This document shows positions 57,563 to 64,000 of a DNA stretch of 64,000 nt, in pieces. How positions within the stretch are numbered: the stretch's first letter is position 1; each line of letters opens with the position of its first letter. Both the position numbers and the translations under genes were made by a program. This stretch comes from Acidobacteriota bacterium (lineage in GTDB: Bacteria > Acidobacteriota > UBA6911 > RPQK01 > JADFOI01), in contig OY760074.1 in the NCBI GenBank assembly GCA_963663035.1, positions 2,240,001-2,304,000 on the forward strand. Direction: 5' to 3'. The notes beneath the pieces are model-generated. The model saw nothing but the letters and a program-made list of their open reading frames with translations, had not been told where the DNA came from and ran no database searches.

Positions 57563-58900
57563 CTAGGATTTAGGATTTTGACTCTTGAGTCCCCTTTTCC
57601 TGCTTCCACGAAACAGCAAGCGAATCGGGGTGGCATAGAAACCATACTTCTCACGCAGACGGTTCACCACGAAGCGCTGGGTTGAAAAATGCAGTTTTTG
57701 GGAAGCGCGGGTGAAAAAAACAAAGGTTGGCGGAGTCACCGCTACCTGGGCAGCATACTTGACGGGGAACCTCCAGGAACGGCCTGCCGACGACAGCATA
57801 GGTTGAAGGTCCGTCTCCAGAAACTTGTTGAGTTCAGCTGTCGGAACGCGCAGCAGTCGAGCCTTCTGGGCCTCCCCGACGAGCTCAAGGATCTTAGTGA
57901 CCCGCAAACCCGTCTTTGCGGAGACAAAGATCATCGGTGCGTAGTCCAGAAAGCGCATGCGCAAACGAAACTCCGTCTCCAAGCGGGCTGCCGTGTGAGT
58001 GTCCCGAGCAATCAAATCCCACTTGTTGACCACCACGATGACCGATCTGCCCGCTTGATGGGCATAGCCTCCGATGGTGGCATCCAGCTTGGTGGCCCCT
58101 TCCGTGGCCTCGATCACTAATAGAACGACGTCGGCTCGCTCCAGGCTTTTTCGCGCCATCAGAACACACAACTTTTCCGCCTCGAGTTCTGTTTTTCCCT
58201 TGCGGCGAATTCCCGCCGTATCGATCAGACGATAGGACTGACCTTTGAACTGCAAAACGGAATCAATTGCATCACGAGTGGTACCTGGGAGGTCAGTGAC
58301 AATGGCTCGCTCTTGACCCAGGAGGCGATTCAGCAGTGAAGACTTGCCGACGTTGGGACGACCAATGATGGCAACCCTGAGTTCTTCTTCGCTGCTTGAC
58401 TCCGCCGATTCTGGAATGCGTTCCAGGATCTCCTCAACCAGGACCGAAACCCCCAGTTTGTGCTCAGCGGAAACCGAGTAAAGCATTTTCACACCAAAGC
58501 TATAGAATTGCGCCACCTCTGGTTCCAGTTGCGGGACATCCACTTTGTTGACCACCAAAAGAAACTCCCTGCCGCGGGAGCGCAAAAGAGAATTCAAGGT
58601 CTCGTCCAGTGGACTGATGCCCTGGCGGGCATCCACTACAAAGAGAATGAGGTCAGCTTCCTCCATGGCGATTTCCGCCTGCTGCAGGATCCTCTCCGGA
58701 ATGATCTCTTTCTGGTCAGGAATGAGCCCACCGGTGTCGATCACCTCGAATTGCTTCCCATTCCATCGAGCCATTTCGAAGAGGCGATCCCGAGTTATTC
58801 CCGGTTCTTTCCCTACAATGGCCTTGCGTTTACGGGTGAGCCGATTAAAGAGGGTGGATTTCCCCACGTTTGGTCTTCCAACGATGGCGACTCGATACAT
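57563..58900 (-). CDS. der: Ribosome biogenesis GTPase Der (EngA)
   Basis: Two GRPNVGKS G-domains with DTGG/DTAG and NKVD/NKWD. Confidence 0.96.
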   Translation of the reverse strand: MYRVAIVGRPNVGKSTLFNRLTRKRKAIVGKEPGITRDRLFEMARWNGKQFEVIDTGGLIPDQKEIIPERILQQAEIAMEEADLILFVVDARQGISPLDETLNSLLRSRGREFLLVVNKVDVPQLEPEVAQFYSFGVKMLYSVSAEHKLGVSVLVEEILERIPESAESSSEEELRVAIIGRPNVGKSSLLNRLLGQERAIVTDLPGTTRDAIDSVLQFKGQSYRLIDTAGIRRKGKTELEAEKLCVLMARKSLERADVVLLVIEATEGATKLDATIGGYAHQAGRSVIVVVNKWDLIARDTHTAARLETEFRLRMRFLDYAPMIFVSAKTGLRVTKILELVGEAQKARLLRVPTAELNKFLETDLQPMLSSAGRSWRFPVKYAAQVAVTPPTFVFFTRASQKLHFSTQRFVVNRLREKYGFYATPIRLLFRGSRKRGLKSQNPKS

Positions 58901-58911
58901 GTCAACGTTAG

Positions 58912-59117
58912 CCCGGATTATGTATAAATTCTCTACTGCAGCAACGAAATCATCCGCCCTGCCTGCGTTGCGCGACCCACAAGCGGGGTACCCCTCGGTC
59001 TCCTCAACGTACTATACAGTACGTTGCGGGGGCCGACCCGCAAGCGGGTACCCCTCGCGCGCCTTGTCAGGTCGGCGCTTTCGTCGCTTCGTGACGAGAA
59101 CCTATACATCATTCGGG
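58912..59117. mobile_element. MITE family A copy 6 (inverted)
   Basis: IRs CCCGGATTATGTATAA and rc CCCGAATGATGTATAG; it contains the hflX stop codon. Confidence 0.85.
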
Positions 59118-60368
59118 CTCATCCACGAATTGCCGATAGCGGCCAAGATCCGCAAGAGGTAAGGAAGCCCGCAGATGAATGCCGTCTTCACGGTATTCCT
59201 GTGAGCGAATGTTCGCTCGCTGCCGCAGCTTTGAAACCAGATCCCCCCGATGCAAGGGGATGGTCAGGTGGACTTCCCGGTAATTTCGATTGATCAAAAA
59301 CTCAATTTTCTGAAGAAGTCGAGGCAACCCTTCTTTGCTTCGAGCCGAGATAAAAGCATGCTCGAGTGAAGTATCGACATGGGGAGCTTGTTTTAACAGA
59401 TCGATCTTATTGAACGCTTCCAGGACAGGAGTGCCCTCCAGACCAATCTCATCTAAGACCTCATAGACGGCTTGCCGCAGTGCCTGATAATTGGGATGTG
59501 AAACGTCAATCACGTGAAGAATCAGATCCGCCTCCAGGGTTTCCTCCAGTGTGGCGTGGAAGGCTGCCACCAGCGTGTGGGGAAGTTTCCGGATGAATCC
59601 GACCGTGTCACTGAGGAGAGTCTCCTGACCCGAATCCAGACTCATCTTGCGAACCAGGGGATCCAGGGTGGCAAACATCCTCCGGCTGACATAGGTTTCT
59701 TGGTCGGTCAGAGCGTTGAAAAGGGTCGATTTTCCTGCATTGGTGTACCCCACCAAACTGATGGTGGGAATGGGCACTCCCTGGCGCTTACGGCGCTGCA
59801 GTGCCCGTCTGGCTTCCAGTCTCTGCAACTCCCTTTTCAGGCGCGAAATCCGCACCCGGATGGTGCGACGATCGACCTCGAGTTTTGTCTCGCCAGGTCC
59901 ACGAGTCCCAATGCCGCCTCCCAGACGAGATAAGGTCAAGCCAGCGCCCGTGAGCCGCGGCAACCAATACTCCATCTGGGCCAGCTCCACTTGCAGCTTC
60001 CCCTCTCGGCTTTGCGCCCTTTGAGTAAAGATGTCCAGAATGAGCTCGCTGCGATCGATGATCTTCGTCTCCAGAAACTCTTCCAGGTGGCGAAGCTGAG
60101 CCGGTGTTAAATCCTCGTTAAAAATCACCAGATCGGCCTGGCAGCCCAATACCGAATTCTGAATCTCCTCCAACTTCCCCCTCCCCACCAGAAAGGAGGG
60201 ATCGGGTTTGGATTTTTCCTGAAGAAAGACTTCCGATACCTCTGCTCCGGCGCTGACTGCCAGCTCCTCCAGTTCCCTCAAGGACTCCTTTTCAAAGGAA
60301 CGGTGGCGGCCATCCCGGCAAACACCGACGAGAACGGCGCGCTCTGGACGCGCTGAGGTTGCTTCCAT
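59109..60368 (-). CDS. hflX: GTPase HflX
   Basis: GGIGTRGPGETKLE, GYTNAGKST, DTVGFI and NKID motifs. Confidence 0.96.
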   Translation of the reverse strand: MEATSARPERAVLVGVCRDGRHRSFEKESLRELEELAVSAGAEVSEVFLQEKSKPDPSFLVGRGKLEEIQNSVLGCQADLVIFNEDLTPAQLRHLEEFLETKIIDRSELILDIFTQRAQSREGKLQVELAQMEYWLPRLTGAGLTLSRLGGGIGTRGPGETKLEVDRRTIRVRISRLKRELQRLEARRALQRRKRQGVPIPTISLVGYTNAGKSTLFNALTDQETYVSRRMFATLDPLVRKMSLDSGQETLLSDTVGFIRKLPHTLVAAFHATLEETLEADLILHVIDVSHPNYQALRQAVYEVLDEIGLEGTPVLEAFNKIDLLKQAPHVDTSLEHAFISARSKEGLPRLLQKIEFLINRNYREVHLTIPLHRGDLVSKLRQRANIRSQEYREDGIHLRASLPLADLGRYRQFVDEPE

Positions 60369-60407
60369 TTTGTTTGATTGTATCTTAACTCGAGTGGAAT
60401 CAGCTGA

Positions 60408-61409
60408 TCAGCCGGCGCTCACAGGGACACCCTCTTCCGTGAAATATTTGAAGATCTGTTCTCCGTGGAAGCGCCCCGTCTCGATAAAAATGCGGTTGGT
60501 CATCTTCCCACACACAACCGAGCCAGCCAGATAGATTCCCTTTACATTTGTCTCCAGCGTTTTGGGATCGCTTTTGGGAATGCAGGTTTCCGGGTTAACC
60601 TCTATTCCCATCATCTCCAGAAAACTCACCGAGGGATGATAACCCGTCATAGCCAACACAAAGTCATTCTCCACCTTCTTCGCTCCCTCAGGGGTAGAGA
60701 TGAGAATCTCTGTCTCTCCAATCTCCTTCACCGTACTGGAAAAATAGGCCTTGATCTCACCCCGCTTGATGCGATTGTTAATGTCGGGTAAAACCCAGTA
60801 TTTCACCTCCCTGCCCATGGCCTCACCCCGGTGAATCAGAGTCACTTCGGCGCCTCCGTTGCGATATAAATCCAATGCCGTCTCAGCCGCCGAGTTTTGA
60901 CCTCCAATCACGGCTACCTTCTTCTGGAAATAAGGGTGGCAATCAGGATAATAATGGCTGACCTTGGAAAGATTCTCACCAGGAATATCCAGCATATTGG
61001 GGTTGTCATAATAACCCGTGGCAATGATCAGCCTCCTTGACCGATATTCTTGCTTTTGATCAAGGCGATCCTTACTCCGCACCAGAAAGTCATTTTCCTG
61101 GCCCTCCACCGAGATCACTCGCTCGTGGTACTTGATGGGAAGCTCGAAGTCTTCTGCAACACGTCGATAATATTTCAAACCATCCAGCCGCTTTGGCTTC
61201 TCCGAGGAGACAATCATGGGAATGCCGCCGATTTCGAGCAACTCTGGCGTGGTGAAGAATGTCATATTGGTTGGAAAATGGAAGATCGAATTGACCAGGC
61301 AACCCTTCTCAATCAACCAAAAGTCAAGGTTTCTCTGTTTCGCTTCAATGGCACAGGCCAGACCTGCAGGGCCCCCTCCAACGATGATCCAATCCAGTAG
61401 TCGATTCAT
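60408..61409 (-). CDS. ypdA: YpdA-family putative bacillithiol disulfide reductase
   Basis: GGGPAG, EKG.LVNS...P..M.FF, ATGYYD, KYW..P and FIE.GR.H motifs. Confidence 0.85.
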   Translation of the reverse strand: MNRLLDWIIVGGGPAGLACAIEAKQRNLDFWLIEKGCLVNSIFHFPTNMTFFTTPELLEIGGIPMIVSSEKPKRLDGLKYYRRVAEDFELPIKYHERVISVEGQENDFLVRSKDRLDQKQEYRSRRLIIATGYYDNPNMLDIPGENLSKVSHYYPDCHPYFQKKVAVIGGQNSAAETALDLYRNGGAEVTLIHRGEAMGREVKYWVLPDINNRIKRGEIKAYFSSTVKEIGETEILISTPEGAKKVENDFVLAMTGYHPSVSFLEMMGIEVNPETCIPKSDPKTLETNVKGIYLAGSVVCGKMTNRIFIETGRFHGEQIFKYFTEEGVPVSAG

Positions 61410-61438
61410 TGACACAATCTCTCCAGCTTATCTAGAAT
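61409..61438 (+). promoter_or_regulatory. Putative sigma70 promoter of the tRNA
   Basis: TTGACA-N18-TAGAAT ending 10 nt before the tRNA; it overlaps the ypdA start on the other strand. Confidence 0.65.
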
Positions 61439-61448
61439 AGCGATTTGC

Positions 61449-61525
61449 GGGCGATTAGCTCAGCTGGCTAGAGCGCCGCCTTCACACGGCGGAGGTCACT
61501 GGTTCAAGTCCAGTATCGCCCACCA
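61449..61525 (+). tRNA. tRNA-Val(CAC)
   Basis: Acceptor stem GGGCGAT/ATCGCCC, anticodon arm CCGCC-TTCACAC-GGCGG, GGTTCAAGTCC T-arm and encoded CCA. Confidence 0.96.
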
Positions 61526-61617
61526 AATCCGCCCAAAAAAAAGAGGGCAGGAACTGTTCAGGACCCGCCCTTGCGCCACTTGCATCTTAGCAAAGATTTT
61601 CCGGAGGAACCAGGGCC

Positions 61618-62625
61618 TCAAGAGACCCGGACGTGCTGGACCAGAACTTTCATTGTGTCGGAGATACCGTCTGGAGCCAGGAGCGTCTTGAGACCAAGAC
61701 GTTCTTCTGCTCTCTCCGGGTTGAAGAAACCTTGGGCCTCCTCCTCCTGAAGACGCTGCTCCAGTCCCCGATCGAAAAGAAAGTGCCGCTGGGTCCTCAA
61801 AGGATCGCTCGTCCAGCCCAAGCTGGCGCCTGTATTGGCCATCACTTCGAAGTTAACGTGGGAGGTGATGTCCTGGTGGCCCATATTGATATAGGGGTTT
61901 GGAATCACCTGATGACGGTGATAACAGAGGAGAGTTCCATGGGTTCGATCCACTGAGTTATATTCTTCCCAGTCATAGCCATAATCCACAGTCAGGACAA
62001 CTCCGGACTCAATGCGCCTATCCAAATCCTCCAACACTTCGACCATACGGAGATTGACTTCGTATTCACAACCATCTCGCCACTCCTTGAACCCACTTCT
62101 CATGTACTCAAGGATCCGAGGATCTTCGCTCTCACCTTCCACCTCGGAGATCTCCTCGCCAACCGTGACATAAATCTCCTGCAGCTTCGACCCTCTCACC
62201 CTGACGCGATGCACCGGAAGGGCGTCGAAAAATTCATTAGAGAAGACAATCCCCTGAATGCGATCCGGCAATGCCACCCCCACTTCCACCGGAAGGTACT
62301 CCACGCAATCAAACACTTCAGGATAGCGCTCCTCCAATCGCTTCAGAATATCCCGACCCAGGAATCCCTCTCCCACCCCCAACTCCACCAAATGAAAAGG
62401 CCTGGGCTGGGAAAGCAGCTTGAAGTACTCAACAAAAGCACTTGCCAGGCTGTGAGCAAAGAACCGATGAGTGTAAGGGGAAGTATAGTAGTCTCCCTGG
62501 GGGCCAAAGATCTTGTCCTTGGTCGTGTAATAGCCCTGGTGTGGGTCGTAGAGACAGAAGTCCATGAAGCGTTCGAAGGTGATGCTTTGATGTTTCCAGG
62601 GAAGATCCACGGATGACAAGCTCAA
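61618..62625 (-). CDS. SAM-dependent methyltransferase (MidA/NDUFAF7 family)
   Basis: F..FM...LY.P..GYY, GD..TSP, ELG.GEG, NE.FDALP, DYG and DIT.HVNF motifs. Confidence 0.88.
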   Translation of the reverse strand: MSLSSVDLPWKHQSITFERFMDFCLYDPHQGYYTTKDKIFGPQGDYYTSPYTHRFFAHSLASAFVEYFKLLSQPRPFHLVELGVGEGFLGRDILKRLEERYPEVFDCVEYLPVEVGVALPDRIQGIVFSNEFFDALPVHRVRVRGSKLQEIYVTVGEEISEVEGESEDPRILEYMRSGFKEWRDGCEYEVNLRMVEVLEDLDRRIESGVVLTVDYGYDWEEYNSVDRTHGTLLCYHRHQVIPNPYINMGHQDITSHVNFEVMANTGASLGWTSDPLRTQRHFLFDRGLEQRLQEEEAQGFFNPERAEERLGLKTLLAPDGISDTMKVLVQHVRVS

Positions 62626-62671
62626 GATGACGCTCTAAAGGAGGACCAGTCCTTTCCCGAATTCAGTCAGC

Positions 62672-63127
62672 TCAGTTCTCCTTCACCACTTCCAGGGAGT
62701 TGAAAAAGAACCCAATCTCAATGCGGGCAGTCTCAGGGTTGTCACTGCCATGAACCGAATTTCGTTCGATGCTTTCACCGAAGCGCTGGCGAATCGTTCC
62801 CTCCTCGGCCTGACCGGGGTCGGTTGCACCCATGATCTTGCGCCAGAGAGCAATGGCTTCCTTCCCACCTAACACCATGACAAAGATGGGTCCTTCAGTC
62901 ATAAATCGAGTCAGGCTCTCAAAAAAGCTTTTGTCTCGATGAACGTGGTAAAAGCTTTCGGCCTGCTGCCTCGTCAGGTGGAAAACCTGACCTGAAACCA
63001 TGGATAGTTGCTTTTCTTCAGCCATGGCAATGATCGATCCGACAAGGTTCCTGCTGAACGCATCAGGCTTGATGATGGCCAATGTTCTTTCCTGCAACTT
63101 AGTGACTCTCCACTTCCTGGCTCCCAA
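62672..63127 (-). CDS. ndk: Nucleoside-diphosphate kinase
   Basis: ERTL.IIKPD, GAT.P...GTIR and N..HGSD motifs; the true start is probably a few codons downstream. Confidence 0.95.
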   Translation of the reverse strand: MGARKWRVTKLQERTLAIIKPDAFSRNLVGSIIAMAEEKQLSMVSGQVFHLTRQQAESFYHVHRDKSFFESLTRFMTEGPIFVMVLGGKEAIALWRKIMGATDPGQAEEGTIRQRFGESIERNSVHGSDNPETARIEIGFFFNSLEVVKEN

Positions 63128-63147
63128 ACCCTTGGGTTTTCACTCCT

Positions 63148-63999
63148 CTATGACAGAACCGCTTCCATGGTCGCTCCGATCTCAGCAGGACTCTCCACGA
63201 CCTGGATTCCACATTCCGTCATTTTCTTCATCTTCTCTGCTGCAGTCCCCTGGCCCTGGGAAATGATGGCTCCGGCATGTCCCATGCGTCGGCCGGGCGG
63301 CGCAGTCTGGCCTGCTATGAATCCGACCACCGGCTTCTTCATGTGCGCCTTGATGTACTGGGCGGCTTCTTCTTCGGCCGATCCGCCGATCTCCCCGATC
63401 ATCACCACAGCATCCGTCTCCGGATCCTCATTGAAGGCCTTCAGAACATCAATAAAACCGGTGCCGACGATGGGATCGCCTCCAATGCCGATGCAGGTGC
63501 TCTGACCAATATTGCGAGAAGTCAACTGCTGAACCGCCTCATAAGTCAAAGTTCCACTTCGAGAGATGCATCCCACCGTCCCTGCCTGGTGGATCGGCCC
63601 CGGCATGATTCCAATCTTACATTCACCTGGAGATATGATGCCGGGACAATTGGGCCCAATGAGCCTGCTCTCTCTTCCCTGCATAAAGTGAGTCACTCGT
63701 ACCATGTCCAGGATCGGGACTCCTTCAGTAATACAGACAACCAATTGGAGCTCAGCATCAACCGCTTCCATGATCGCATCAGCGGCAAACAGCGCAGGCA
63801 CGAAAATCATGCTTGTATCGGCAGCTTCCTGCTCCACGGCCTCTTTGACCGTATTGTAGACAGGAACACCGTCTTGACTCATGCCCCCCTTACCAGGAGT
63901 CACCCCGGCCACTATCTGGGTTCCGTATTCGCGGCACTGGGCCGTGTGAAAACTTCCCTCCCGGCCCGTGATTCCTTGAACCACCACTCGTGTGTCTTT
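63148..63999 (-). CDS. sucD: Succinyl-CoA synthetase alpha subunit, 5'-truncated by the window edge
   Basis: [23 protein letters not shown] and RMGHAGA motifs. Confidence 0.97.
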   Translation of the reverse strand, partial: KDTRVVVQGITGREGSFHTAQCREYGTQIVAGVTPGKGGMSQDGVPVYNTVKEAVEQEAADTSMIFVPALFAADAIMEAVDAELQLVVCITEGVPILDMVRVTHFMQGRESRLIGPNCPGIISPGECKIGIMPGPIHQAGTVGCISRSGTLTYEAVQQLTSRNIGQSTCIGIGGDPIVGTGFIDVLKAFNEDPETDAVVMIGEIGGSAEEEAAQYIKAHMKKPVVGFIAGQTAPPGRRMGHAGAIISQGQGTAAEKMKKMTECGIQVVESPAEIGATMEAVLS

Positions 64000-64000
64000 A

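Noticed and set aside
61449-61617. tRNA-Val as an integration site for an island
   Set aside because: I saw no duplicated tRNA 3' end and no integrase, and the flanking genes are housekeeping.

Overview
A 64-kb, moderately GC-rich bacterial chromosome segment, probably from an Acidobacteriota-like organism (inferred from gene content only). Housekeeping genes (dinG/yoaA-like helicase, nadK, polX, recD2, der, hflX, ypdA, tRNA-Val(CAC), ndk, sucD) surround several accessory blocks: a CoA-transferase/UbiD/CoA-transferase operon with a nearby amidohydrolase and acyl-CoA ligase, an Opp-type ABC transporter, and a largely exported operon (two M29/NicX-like proteins, isochorismatase-like amidase, GMC flavoprotein, two Tat subunits, UbiD) with a divergent nitrilase. 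An IS1380-family element is nested in an IS3-family element. The most unusual signal is non-coding: two families of 145-273 bp miniature inverted-repeat elements. Family A (6 copies plus a remnant) has ends matching the resident IS1380; family B (5 copies) has unrelated ends. Within each copy the two ends co-vary, and both families carry the same internal core (RAGGCGCG..7-bp hairpin..NNGAGGA..GCAACRC), once in A and twice, inverted, in B. Copies split genes, supply stop codons and insert in frame into a signal peptide. REP-like palindromes, heptamer stop arrays and an orphan sigma54-type promoter are also present. All calls were made by eye, without database searches.
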